DNA of 64,000 nucleotides from an uncultured delta proteobacterium (GTDB lineage: Bacteria > Myxococcota > UBA727 > VGSZ01). The notes under the pieces were generated by a model. It saw nothing but the letters and a program-made list of their open reading frames with translations. It made no database searches and was not told the origin of the DNA. A program made the position numbers and the translations under genes. The stretch spans positions 832,001-896,000 of the forward strand of contig CAVZJB010000011.1 in assembly GCA_963775425.1 (NCBI GenBank). The letters are read 5' to 3'. Of this stretch, positions 29,356 to 41,079 are shown in pieces; the first letter of the stretch is position 1; each line of letters starts with the position of its first letter.

Positions 29356-30813
29356 ATGCGCCACTGTTTCATCCTGGCGATCGCGTGGGGCGCCGCCGCC
29401 TGCGGTCCCGTCCCCGGCCCCGTCGCCGTCGTCGTCACCGGTGAGGACGCGCCCGGCGACGACGGGGGCGACGGCGGCGCGGGTGACACGGACGGCGGCG
29501 CGGGCGACACCAACGGCGGCAGCGGCGCGGGCGACACCAACGGCGGCAGCGGCGGCGCGGGTGACATGGGCGGCGGCAGCGGCGGCGCGGGCGACACCAA
29601 CGGCGGCAGCGGCGCGGGCGACACCAACGGCGGCAGCGGCGCGGGTGACATGGGCGGCGGCAGCGGCGGCGCGGGTGACATGGGCGGCGGCAGCGGCGCC
29701 GGCGACACCAACGGCGGCAGCGGCGGTGGCGGCCCGGGCGACACCAACGGCGGCACCGCCGCGGGAGGCGGCTTCGTCGGCGCCGCCTGCGACGCCGACG
29801 GCGCCTGCGCGCTCGACGGGGCCTTCTGCATGGTCGACGAGGAGGGCTGGCCCGCGGGGACGTGCACGCTGCCGTGCACCCACCTGTGCCCCGATGACCC
29901 GTCGTCGCCGACGACGTTCTGCGTCGCGGACCCCGGCGGCGACGGCGGCGTCTGCGTCTCCCGCTGCGACCCCGCGCGCTTCGGCGGCGACGGTTGCCGC
30001 GCCGGCTACGCCTGCGTCGACACCGCCCGCTTCGACGATCCCGCAACCGTACGCGGCGTCTGCGTTCCCGCGGGCCTCGACGCCGGCGGCGCGAGCGACG
30101 GCCAGTGCGTCGCCACGGACCTCCCCACCCCGAACGCCGGCATCGAGGAGCCCCCCGGCCTCGACGGCTGCCCCCGCGGCATGGCGCTCGTCGGCGACAC
30201 CGGCGTCTGCATGGATCGCTGGGAGGCCTTCCTGGTCGTGGTCGACGACAGCGGCGCCGAGCTCCCGTTCTCGCCCTTCGAAAACCCCGCCGCCCACGAG
30301 GTGCGCGCCAAGAGCGCGCCCGGCGCCGTGCCCCAGGGCTACATCAGCGGCCTCGAGGCCGCCGGCGCCTGCGCCGCCGCCGGCAAGCGCCTGTGCAAAA
30401 ACCCCGAGTGGACCCGCGCCTGCCGCGGCGCCGGCAACACCGTCTACCCCTACGGCGACACGCGCGAGCCCGGCGTCTGCAACGACGCGCGCGCCGTCCA
30501 CCCCGCCGTCGAGTACTTCGGCACCAGCGCGGATTGGATCTGGTCGTCGCTCGGCCACCCGTGCATCAACCAGCAGCACGACACCGTCGACCTCACCGGT
30601 GAAAACGCCGGCTGCGTCGACGACAGCGGCCGCTTCTTCGACCTCATGGGCAACCTGCACGAGTGGATCGACGACCCCGCCGGCACCTTCCGCGGCGGCT
30701 ACTACGTCGACACGCACCTGAACGGCGACGGGTGTCTGTACACCACCACCGCCCACGACACGTCCCACTGGGACTACTCCACCGGCTTTCGCTGCTGCGC
30801 CGACCACCCCTGA
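29356..30813 (+). CDS. lipoprotein with Gly-rich linker, Cys-rich domain and FGE/SUMF1-like domain
   Basis: Lipobox AAAC; CPRGMALV, MDRWEA, GKRLC..EW..AC, DLMGNLHEW, RGGYY and TGFRCC motifs. Confidence 0.85.
   Translation: MRHCFILAIAWGAAACGPVPGPVAVVVTGEDAPGDDGGDGGAGDTDGGAGDTNGGSGAGDTNGGSGGAGDMGGGSGGAGDTNGGSGAGDTNGGSGAGDMGGGSGGAGDMGGGSGAGDTNGGSGGGGPGDTNGGTAAGGGFVGAACDADGACALDGAFCMVDEEGWPAGTCTLPCTHLCPDDPSSPTTFCVADPGGDGGVCVSRCDPARFGGDGCRAGYACVDTARFDDPATVRGVCVPAGLDAGGASDGQCVATDLPTPNAGIEEPPGLDGCPRGMALVGDTGVCMDRWEAFLVVVDDSGAELPFSPFENPAAHEVRAKSAPGAVPQGYISGLEAAGACAAAGKRLCKNPEWTRACRGAGNTVYPYGDTREPGVCNDARAVHPAVEYFGTSADWIWSSLGHPCINQQHDTVDLTGENAGCVDDSGRFFDLMGNLHEWIDDPAGTFRGGYYVDTHLNGDGCLYTTTAHDTSHWDYSTGFRCCADHP
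29470..29757 (+). repeat. coding tandem repeats of 27-30 bp (GAGDTNGGS / GAGDMGGGS)
   Basis: About 10 units of ggcgcgggcgacaccaacggcggcagc and the variant ggcgcgggtgacatgggcggcggcagc. Confidence 0.9.
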
Positions 30814-30832
30814 CTCGTGCTACCAACGGGGC

Positions 30833-33466
30833 ATGGGGCGGGGGGAAACGCAGCCGAAGCTGCCGCCGGTGGCGGCGCTCATCCACTGGCTCGACCTCAC
30901 GCTGCGCGTCGCCGACTTCCGCCTCAACCGTCCCGGCAAGACGGGCCTCGCGCCGTCGCTCATCGCCACCCTCGGCCTCGTGCTCTACGTCGTCGTCGCC
31001 GGCCCAGCCGCAGGCAACCCCGCGCGTAGCGCCGTCGCCGCCGGCGTCGCCGTGGTCCTCACCGGCCTCGTCTGGGCGCTCTTTCGCGCCTGGGGCCGGC
31101 CGCCGCCGCACCTCGCTGCGCTCGTCGAGTGCGCCGTCGTCGTCGTCACCGGCGTCGCCGTTCGGTGCGCCGGCGCCGAGCGCCAGGCCGACGGCATCCT
31201 CTATCGCCACCTCGCGCTCCCCGTCATCGGCACCGTAGTTGTCTCCATCGCCGCCGCCGCCGCGTGCGCGCGCTTCGTCTTCGACCGCGGCCGCACCCGC
31301 CGGCGCGCCGCGCAGGCCGCGCTCACCCTCAAGCGCTACCTGCGCACCACCGAGCTGTTTCGGCCCGAAGAGCGCGTTACGGCCGGCGTATGGGAGCTGT
31401 TGCGCGGCGCGCTCCTCGTCCCCGTGCGCGCACCGCTGCAACTCTTCCTCGTGCCCGCCGCCCTCGTCCTCGTCGCCGAGGCCGAGTGGTTGGCGCCGCT
31501 CGCCGTCGCCGGCCTCGCGTTCGCGTGGCTCGTGCTCGCGTTCGGAAACGTCCACGATCGCCTCGACATGGTCTTGCGCGTGCTCAGCCCGTTGTTCGCG
31601 CAGGGCGCCGCGGGCCTCGTCAGCGTCGGCGTCATCGTCCTCGCCCTCGTCCGCTTCGCCGGCGTCAGCTACGTCACCACGTTCCTCGACTCCGCCGACC
31701 GCACCACCATCTTCGCCGTCATCGGCTCCGCGTACGCGATCTTGTGGTGGTTCGACGCGTGGCAGGCGCGCCTCGCCTCGGATCGCGTGGTGCGCGCCCT
31801 CGGCAGCGCCGACGGCACGCGGCTCGACTTCGACCTCGACCCCGGCGCGCAGCTCACGTCGGTGCCCGCGCGGGGACGCCGCCTCATGGTCCACGGCGCC
31901 TCGCGCTTCGCCGTGGTCCACGACAGCGACGACGACCTCCCGTTCTTCCACACATGGACGGCGTCCGCGCTCGTCGAAGCCCTCGCGCGCGATCGGTTGC
32001 GGGCGTCGCCGGCGAGCAAGCGCGAGCGGCGCACCTGGTTTCGAGCGCGCTCCGCGGCGGCGGAGATGAAGAAGGCGTTCGCGAGCTACGTTCTCGCCGC
32101 CAACGCCGTGCCGCTCGGCATCCTCGTCACGCTCGGCGTCGTGATGCACGGCCTCCATCAGCACGCCGAGCTGTCGGCGCTCGAGCGCGCGCGCGGGTTG
32201 CCGCCGAAGGTGGCGCTGTCCACCCTCGTCGAGCGGCAGTGCGCTGCGGGCCGCCCCGTCATCGCGCTCGCGGCGTCGGGCGGCGGCACGCGCGCGGCGC
32301 TCTACGCCGACGCCGTGCTCTACGGCCTCGCCGAGCTCGACCACGCCGGCGACGTCGTCCTCGCCTCGGGCGTGTCCGGCGGCGGCGCGGCGCTCGCCTA
32401 CTTCGCCGCCGACCGCGCGGCGCTGGTGAAGGACGAGCGAGGAGCGTGGGACCGCGCGTTTCAACGCATGAGCCACGCGTACATCGCCGACGTCTTGAAC
32501 GGCGCGTTCGAGGAGCGCATCGGCGGCGCGTGGCGGCTGGGCTCGCTCCTCGACGAGAGCTTCGCCTCCACGTGGCGCGCGCCGCGCGCGAGCATGGCCG
32601 ACGTCGACGACATGGGCCTCATCTTGAACACGGCGCTCGCCGGCACCTGGCGCTACGACGACGGACCGGAGGCGGACATGACCACGTCGTCGTCTGCGGG
32701 CGGCCGCCTGATCTTCACCAACCTGGCGCTGCCCGAGGACTTCGTGACGCCGGCGATGGACGGCGTGGGGCTCACCGACGTCGTGCTCGGCGGTTCCTGG
32801 GTGACGCTCTCGGGCGCGGCGGCGTTGAACGCGAACTTCCCGCCGGTGTTTTCGAACGCCGCCGTCGACGCGGGGGACGCGCGTTACTGGGTGACCGACG
32901 GAGGCGCCACCGACAACCGCGGCATGGAGATGCCGCTGTACGCGTTGCTCGAGGCGCTGCGGCACGTCGACGTCGGGCCCGGCAAGGCGTGCGCGGCGCC
33001 GCCGGACATCGAGTTCATCGTCGCGGACGCGTCGGCGTTCAGCGACGGCTTCGCGCAGTCGCGCGGGCTGTCGACCATCATGGCGGCGGGGACGATGTTC
33101 AACAGCCAGCTCGTCGTGGAGCTCTTGCGCCGGCTGGGCGAGGCGGACCCGCGGCTGCACTTCCACTACCTGCCGATGCCGGAGGCGCTGCGCGACGACA
33201 ACGGCATCGGCACGCACTGGATGCTGCAGCCGCGCCTCACCATCCCCGCGCGCGGGCGCGCCTCGGAGATCACGCTCACGAGCCCCGACGAGATCATCGG
33301 GCTCGTGCGCGGCATGTTCCGCAGCGACGCCCACGCGTCGGAGGACGCCCTCGTCGAGGAGGCGCGCCACCGCGTCGCGGACAAGGCCACGCACGACGCG
33401 TGGAGCGCCATCGCCGCCGAGCTCGCCGACACGACGACGCCCTCGCCGGCGCAAGGGCAGCGCTGA
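30833..33466 (+). CDS. polytopic membrane protein with patatin/cPLA2-like phospholipase domain
   Basis: ALAASGGGTRAA oxyanion motif, SGVSGG nucleophile and TDGGATDN; N-terminal TM bundle. Confidence 0.8.
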   Translation: MGRGETQPKLPPVAALIHWLDLTLRVADFRLNRPGKTGLAPSLIATLGLVLYVVVAGPAAGNPARSAVAAGVAVVLTGLVWALFRAWGRPPPHLAALVECAVVVVTGVAVRCAGAERQADGILYRHLALPVIGTVVVSIAAAAACARFVFDRGRTRRRAAQAALTLKRYLRTTELFRPEERVTAGVWELLRGALLVPVRAPLQLFLVPAALVLVAEAEWLAPLAVAGLAFAWLVLAFGNVHDRLDMVLRVLSPLFAQGAAGLVSVGVIVLALVRFAGVSYVTTFLDSADRTTIFAVIGSAYAILWWFDAWQARLASDRVVRALGSADGTRLDFDLDPGAQLTSVPARGRRLMVHGASRFAVVHDSDDDLPFFHTWTASALVEALARDRLRASPASKRERRTWFRARSAAAEMKKAFASYVLAANAVPLGILVTLGVVMHGLHQHAELSALERARGLPPKVALSTLVERQCAAGRPVIALAASGGGTRAALYADAVLYGLAELDHAGDVVLASGVSGGGAALAYFAADRAALVKDERGAWDRAFQRMSHAYIADVLNGAFEERIGGAWRLGSLLDESFASTWRAPRASMADVDDMGLILNTALAGTWRYDDGPEADMTTSSSAGGRLIFTNLALPEDFVTPAMDGVGLTDVVLGGSWVTLSGAAALNANFPPVFSNAAVDAGDARYWVTDGGATDNRGMEMPLYALLEALRHVDVGPGKACAAPPDIEFIVADASAFSDGFAQSRGLSTIMAAGTMFNSQLVVELLRRLGEADPRLHFHYLPMPEALRDDNGIGTHWMLQPRLTIPARGRASEITLTSPDEIIGLVRGMFRSDAHASEDALVEEARHRVADKATHDAWSAIAAELADTTTPSPAQGQR

Positions 33467-33518
33467 CGACGACGATGTGCGCCGCCTCGCCCCGACCGTG
33501 GGGCGCGCCGGGTGGCCG

Positions 33519-35399
33519 TCAGGGCGGCGGGACGAGGAGGGCCGCGCAGCCTTCGCGCCAGCCGCGCTCGTCGACGCCGCGCTCGAGCGCGCGGGCGACG
33601 CGGGCGGCGGCGGCGGCGCGCGGGTCGTTGACCGCGCGCAGGAAGGTCGCGGCGCCGTCGAAGCCGCGCGCGAAGGCGAGCTCGGTGGCGTGCCCGAAGC
33701 CGGGCGCATCGAGCGGGCGCGCGTGCAGCTCGTCGACGAACGGGCACAGGCGGAGGGCGGCGTCGACGGTCTTGACGTCGACGTCTCCGCTGTCCGCGCC
33801 GTCGACGACCCACAACAGCCCGCGCAGGTGCGCGGCGGCGTCGTCGGGGTCGATCAAGGCGCGGTCGAGCGCGGCGACAAAGAGACCACGGGCCCGCGCG
33901 CGAGCAACGACGTCTCTCGCTGACGGCGGCGCGCCGGTGAACGCGAGGCGCGGCTCGAGCTTGGGCGCGACGTCGCGCCAGTACCAGGCCGTGCCGTCGT
34001 GCACGTTCAACGGGTAGCGGCGGGCGTCGCCCTCGCCGGCGCCGCCGAGCACCTCGCGGTCTGTGGCCGCGAGCCAGACGGCGTCGTCGGGCAGGACGGC
34101 CGCGAGCGCACGGCGCATGACGTCCTGCTCGTTCCGGTCGGAGAGATCGGCGCGCGCGTGGCCGACGACGAAGAGCCACACGGTCGCGAGCGCGGCGAGC
34201 GCGGCGGCGCCGGCGACGCGCGCGCGCGGCGCGCCGGCGGGACCCGCGGCGAAGTCGAGGGCGAGGCCGGCGAGGACGGCGCCGGGGACGAGCAGCGTGC
34301 CGCCGAAGCGCTCGAGGTACGGCGTCGCCGCCCCCGGCAGCGTCGCACGCGTGAGGAACAGGAGCGCGAGCGCGGCGACGGCGACGACGAGGAGCGCGGC
34401 CGGTGAGCCCTCGTCGAGGGGCTGGGCCTCGCCGCCGGCGTCGCGCGAGCGGGGCGCCCTCCTGCGGAGCGCGACGACGACGGCGCCGGCCGCCATGAGG
34501 AGCGGGGTGAGGGGGGCACGCAACGAGAAGCGGCCGAGCACCGCGAGCGCGGAGGTGCCGCTGGCGCCCGCGTCGGCGCCGAGGCGGAAGGTGCCGTAGC
34601 GCCGGCGCAGGACGTGGTCGACGACGTCTCCGGCGCTAAAGACGGGCGCGTCCGGGAAGCCGGCGCCGCCGTGCAAGAGCGGCATGGTGAAGACGAGGGC
34701 GCAGAACACCACGGCGAAGACGGCGGCGGCGACGGCGAGCGCGGCCCACGCGATCCTCGACCGCGATCCGTTCGCGCGCGTCGCCGTCGTCGCCGTCGCG
34801 CGCCTTCGCAGCACGACGGCGACGAACGAGCCGAGGAACGCCGGCGCCGTGACGATGGTCACCGGGTGCTGCGCGCCGGCGAGCGCGACGAGCGCACCGA
34901 GGAGCGCGGCCTGGCCGATGCGCCGGCGCTCGTCGAGGGCAGCGCTGCGCGGCGACCAAAGGAGCGCGCACTGCCAGAGGATCGCCGCCATCAGCATGTG
35001 GGCGAGCGCGAAGACCTCGGGCTCGAGGCCGAGCGGCCACGTCGTCGGAAAGAACGCGAAGGTGAGCGCGCCGGCGACGCGCGCAGCGGGTCTGGCGCCG
35101 AGGGCGCGCAGCGCCTCGACGAGGAACGCGGCGGCGGCGGCGTGGGCGCACAGACAGAGCAGGTCCACGCGCAGGGTGCCGTCGACGTCGCCGGAGAAGC
35201 CCGGCAGGTGCGCGAGCAGCCGCTGCAGCCACGCCTGCAGCGCGAAGCCGGGCGCGTGCAAGACGCCGCCGCGCACGACGTTGCCCGCGATCTCGAGGCC
35301 GTCGCCGGAGAGCGCTGCCGGCGCGAGCATGGGGACGGACACGGCGGCCACGACGAGCGCCACGAGGAGCGCGAGCCAGCCACGGGTGAGGCGGGACAC
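33519..35399 (-). CDS. DUF2723/TMEM260-like GT-C membrane glycosyltransferase
   Basis: GDGLEI..., LHAPGFAL, PEVFAL, QHP and VLRRRYG motifs resemble DUF2723; many TM helices. Confidence 0.7.
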   Translation of the reverse strand: MSRLTRGWLALLVALVVAAVSVPMLAPAALSGDGLEIAGNVVRGGVLHAPGFALQAWLQRLLAHLPGFSGDVDGTLRVDLLCLCAHAAAAAFLVEALRALGARPAARVAGALTFAFFPTTWPLGLEPEVFALAHMLMAAILWQCALLWSPRSAALDERRRIGQAALLGALVALAGAQHPVTIVTAPAFLGSFVAVVLRRRATATTATRANGSRSRIAWAALAVAAAVFAVVFCALVFTMPLLHGGAGFPDAPVFSAGDVVDHVLRRRYGTFRLGADAGASGTSALAVLGRFSLRAPLTPLLMAAGAVVVALRRRAPRSRDAGGEAQPLDEGSPAALLVVAVAALALLFLTRATLPGAATPYLERFGGTLLVPGAVLAGLALDFAAGPAGAPRARVAGAAALAALATVWLFVVGHARADLSDRNEQDVMRRALAAVLPDDAVWLAATDREVLGGAGEGDARRYPLNVHDGTAWYWRDVAPKLEPRLAFTGAPPSARDVVARARARGLFVAALDRALIDPDDAAAHLRGLLWVVDGADSGDVDVKTVDAALRLCPFVDELHARPLDAPGFGHATELAFARGFDGAATFLRAVNDPRAAAAARVARALERGVDERGWREGCAALLVPPP

Positions 35400-35503
35400 G
35401 CGCCGATGCTACTCGACTCGTGCGCTGCGCCGCCGTCAGCCTGCTTGCTTCGGCTCGTCGCGACCGCTTGCGCAGGGGCTCGCCGGGCGCGACGCTCCGC
35501 CCC

Positions 35504-36907
35504 ATGCGCGCTGTCGTCGCCGGCATTGCGATCTTGGCGAGCGCGTGCGCGTCCACCGCGCACGTGACGTTGCCGCCGCGGCCGGCGAAGGACGCGCCGC
35601 TCGCCGAGCGCGAGGCATACCGCGACCGCGTCGCCGGCGCGGCGAACGAGCGAGGCTTCGTCATCGGCAAGGACGTCGTCGAGGACCCGAGCGATCTCCT
35701 GCCCGCGGTGGAGCCTGGCTCGACGACGGCGAAAGCCGCGGGGGCGGCCGCCTTCGACGACGGGCTCGGGACGGCAGGGATCGTCGCCGCGGGCGTCGGG
35801 GTCGTCGGCGGCCTCGACGGCATCATCCTCGGCGTCATCGTCGTGAACGCCGACGGCCGAAACCCCGACGCGTCCACGGCCGTGGTCATCGGCGGCTCGG
35901 TGTTCATGCTCGCCGGCCTCGGCGTCTTTGCGCTCGCGTCCATTCCCGCGGGCCACGTCGACGACGAGCGGCGCGCGGCGTTCGTCGCCTACAACGACGA
36001 CGTCGCCGCGGCGGTCGGGCTCCCTCCTCCCGCGCCCGCTCCCGCTCCCGCTCCCGAGATCGCGCGCGCGCCGCCGCCGCGCGCGCCTCCGGGCGAGGAC
36101 GCCGCGGACACAAACCGCGCCGCGCGCGACGTCGATGACGCCGCGGACGGCGCGGACGGCGACGCCCTGGGCACCGGGTCCACCCGCGCCGTCGCCGCAG
36201 ACCCGCTCCCCATGCACATCATCGCGCGCGTCGGCGGCACCGTCGTCGCCGACCTCGACGCCGGCCCCGACGGCGCGCTCGCCCCGCGCTCCGTCGACGG
36301 CGCCCACCGCGAGGAGGCCGGCGTGCTGGGCGCCGTGCTCGGCACGCGCGGGAGCGCGCTGTTCGCGTGCTTCGCGCGCACCTTCCCGAACGCGGGCGCC
36401 AAGCAGCGGGCGCGCGTGAAGCTGCGCGTCGCCAAGGGGCGGGTCGCCGGCGCCAAGGGGCGCGGCGCCGGCGCGGCCTGCGCCGCCCACGCGCTCTCCC
36501 GCGGAGGAGGGCTCGGCGGCCCGAGCTTCGACGTCGACCTCGACATCGAGCACACGGCCGGGCCCTTCGTCGCCCCGCGCTGTCGGCGCGCCATCGACGC
36601 CGGCGCGCTCGGCGCAAACGCGGCCGGCGTGACCGCGTGCCTCGGCCTGTTCCTCGCGCCCGACGGCGTCGAGGTCACGCGCGCCGCCGACCCCTCCTTC
36701 GCCGGGCCCATGCTCGCCGAGGCGTTCCGCGAGGACGGCTGCGCCGCGAAGGCCGCGCGCGGCTTCGCGCTGTGCAAGCGCAAGCGCGTCGCCGGCGTCG
36801 ACGGCGCCACCCTCGCCGCCGAGCTCGCCGCCATGGAGGAGCGCTACGTGCGCACGCTCACCGACGACGACGCGATCGTCGCCGCGGCCCTCGCCGCGCT
36901 CCGCTGA
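35504..36907 (+). CDS. lipoprotein with TM hairpin and AgmX/PglI-C-like Cys-containing domain
   Basis: Lipobox LASAC; hydrophobic hairpin; Pro/Ala linker; ALFACF...RVKLRV...AACAAHAL pattern. Confidence 0.6.
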   Translation: MRAVVAGIAILASACASTAHVTLPPRPAKDAPLAEREAYRDRVAGAANERGFVIGKDVVEDPSDLLPAVEPGSTTAKAAGAAAFDDGLGTAGIVAAGVGVVGGLDGIILGVIVVNADGRNPDASTAVVIGGSVFMLAGLGVFALASIPAGHVDDERRAAFVAYNDDVAAAVGLPPPAPAPAPAPEIARAPPPRAPPGEDAADTNRAARDVDDAADGADGDALGTGSTRAVAADPLPMHIIARVGGTVVADLDAGPDGALAPRSVDGAHREEAGVLGAVLGTRGSALFACFARTFPNAGAKQRARVKLRVAKGRVAGAKGRGAGAACAAHALSRGGGLGGPSFDVDLDIEHTAGPFVAPRCRRAIDAGALGANAAGVTACLGLFLAPDGVEVTRAADPSFAGPMLAEAFREDGCAAKAARGFALCKRKRVAGVDGATLAAELAAMEERYVRTLTDDDAIVAAALAALR

Positions 36908-37018
36908 TCGAGGGCGGCGCCCCACGACGGCGAGCGGCATACGTCATCAGGAGGATGAGCGCCCGTGCTGCGCGGTGGGTGCGCGCGGGCCGGTGCTAGC
37001 GTCCGTCGCGAGGTCCCC

Positions 37019-39058
<2,040 letters not shown>

Positions 39059-39100
39059 CGACTCGCGCGATTTCCGGATTCCACAGCGCGAATCAGCGGA

Positions 39101-39130
39101 GAGTTGCGCAGAGTTGCGCGGACCTGCGCA
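39101..39130 (+). promoter_or_regulatory. 10-bp direct repeats GAGTTGCGC(A/G)
   Basis: gagttgcgca-gagttgcgcg-gacctgcgca in the intergenic region upstream of 39235; the same motif recurs at 52418-52437. Confidence 0.55.
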
Positions 39131-39234
39131 GCGGCTGTGCGCAGACGCGGAGATGCGTCTGTGGGCCGATGTGCGGGCCGTGCGGCGAGCACCCATAGTG
39201 CGTCAATCGGGTCCGAGCCGAAAGGAGGCCGCGG

Positions 39235-41046
39235 GTGCAGAAATCATCGATCACAGCGAGGACGAGGCGGGGCTCGTCGCGGAGACTTCTCGGTCGTGCA
39301 GGTGCGGCCGCGGCGGGCGTCGCTCTGCTCGCGCTCGCGTGCGTCCAGGACGTCGAAGACGGCCCTCAGCTCGACTCGAACGCGCCGCGGAACATCGAGG
39401 CGCACCTGACGGTGGCGGACAAGATGCCGCGCTACGAGGCGATTCGTGACTCCGCGCGCGCGCGGGGAATCGGAAATGCGTATCTGCTCGCGGGCATCGC
39501 CAACACCGAGAGCGGGCTCGCGCAGTGTTGGTCGGAAGCCACGTGGGCGTGCGCCGGGCCGAGCTCGCCGGATTGTGGCGGCGGGCCCGTCATCGCCGGC
39601 GCGGCCGACGGGCCATGCGGCGCCCGGCAAGGCGGGCTCGGCATGTTTCAGTTCGACGCAGGCACGTACGACGACACGCTCTCACGGTATGGACAGAGCG
39701 TCGTCACCGTCGACGGTCAGGTGGCGTCGGCCATCGACTACGTCGTCAACATGGTCAAGATCTCCGCTTACACGACGAACGCGGAGACCGACGACAAGGC
39801 GCGCGACTGGATCAACAACTTCGACGTGGACAACGCCACGCTGCGCGATCAGTGGATCAAGACGGTGGTCCGCTACTACAACGGTTGCCAACCGGGCTGG
39901 AGCTGCTGGGATCCGCGCCTGCGCACGTACAGCGACGGCATGTGGGCGGCGGTGCAGGATCCGGGCGTCGACTTCTGGGGAGCCGCGGGCGGCGGCGAGA
40001 CGCAGTGCGGATCGAGCCCGGCGGTCGTCGGAGCCATCGCGGAAAAGTATCGCGCGCTGGGAGGGTGCGACTCGTTCCTGGGTGCGCCCATCAGCGAGGA
40101 GGCCTCGACGTCGGACGGCGTCGGTCGCGTGAGCGACTTCGAGCACGGCTCCATCTACTGGACACCCGACACGGGCGCCTTCGAGGTGCACGGCGCCATC
40201 CGCGACAAGTGGCGGGCGCTGGGCGCCGAGGGGAGCGTGCTCGGGTACCCGACGACGGACGAAGGGCCCGCGCTCGATGACGGCCGCTACAATCACTTCG
40301 AAAACGGCTCCATCTACTGGACGCCCGCCGGCGGCGCGTTCGAAGTGCACGGCGCCATCCACGACGCGTGGGAACAGTCAGGTTGGGAGCAGGGGGCGCT
40401 CGGCTTTCCGGTGTCCGACGAGTACGACGTCGCGGACGGTCGACGGAGCGACTTCGAGCGCGGCTCCATCGCGTGGAACGGCAGCACCGGCGAGGTCGCC
40501 GTCGTCGCGGACGGCGAGAGCGCGCCGCGATGGAAGGTGCTCCCCGTCGACTACCAGATCCAGGAGACCAGCTATTGGTGCGGTCCCGCCGCCACGCGCG
40601 CAGCCCTCTCCGCGCGCGTGACGCCGGCGCCGACGCAAGCGGCGCTCGCCGGTGAGCTCGGCACGACGACGAACGGCACCGACTGGATCGGCCAGGTCAC
40701 CGGAGTGCTCAACGATCACCTCGGCGCGGGGCGCTACCAAACCGTGGAGATGCCGGACGATCCGCCGACACAGGCGCAGCGCGACCGCCTCTGGCAAGAC
40801 GTCACCCTGAGCATCGACAACGGCTACGCGCTGGTCGCGAACATCGTCGCGCCGCCGAACAACCACCCGCCCGGGTATCCGAGCTCGACCATCTATCACT
40901 ACTTCACCGTCGCCGGTTACAACCCGGACACGCGCGAGGTCTACATCGCCGACTCGGCAAACTTCAGCGGACAGCAGCTCTATTGGCTGTCGTTCGACCA
41001 GCTCGCCACGCTGATTCCCCCCAAGGGGTACGCGACCTATCGGTGA
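39235..41046 (+). CDS. secreted lipoprotein: lysozyme-like domain + LGFP repeats + C39-like peptidase
   Basis: RBS AAGGAGG; lipobox LALAC; IANTESG..GMFQF; three LG(A/Y/F)P...FE(H/N/R)GSI repeats; QETSYWCGPA...HYFTVAGY...IADS. Confidence 0.8.
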   Translation: MQKSSITARTRRGSSRRLLGRAGAAAAGVALLALACVQDVEDGPQLDSNAPRNIEAHLTVADKMPRYEAIRDSARARGIGNAYLLAGIANTESGLAQCWSEATWACAGPSSPDCGGGPVIAGAADGPCGARQGGLGMFQFDAGTYDDTLSRYGQSVVTVDGQVASAIDYVVNMVKISAYTTNAETDDKARDWINNFDVDNATLRDQWIKTVVRYYNGCQPGWSCWDPRLRTYSDGMWAAVQDPGVDFWGAAGGGETQCGSSPAVVGAIAEKYRALGGCDSFLGAPISEEASTSDGVGRVSDFEHGSIYWTPDTGAFEVHGAIRDKWRALGAEGSVLGYPTTDEGPALDDGRYNHFENGSIYWTPAGGAFEVHGAIHDAWEQSGWEQGALGFPVSDEYDVADGRRSDFERGSIAWNGSTGEVAVVADGESAPRWKVLPVDYQIQETSYWCGPAATRAALSARVTPAPTQAALAGELGTTTNGTDWIGQVTGVLNDHLGAGRYQTVEMPDDPPTQAQRDRLWQDVTLSIDNGYALVANIVAPPNNHPPGYPSSTIYHYFTVAGYNPDTREVYIADSANFSGQQLYWLSFDQLATLIPPKGYATYR

Positions 41047-41079
41047 CCGCGTCGCCGACGGCTGACGGCGCCGTCCAGG

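Noticed and set aside
29470-29757. Possible CRISPR-like array
   Set aside because: Units are contiguous, in-frame coding repeats without unique spacers, and there are no cas genes.
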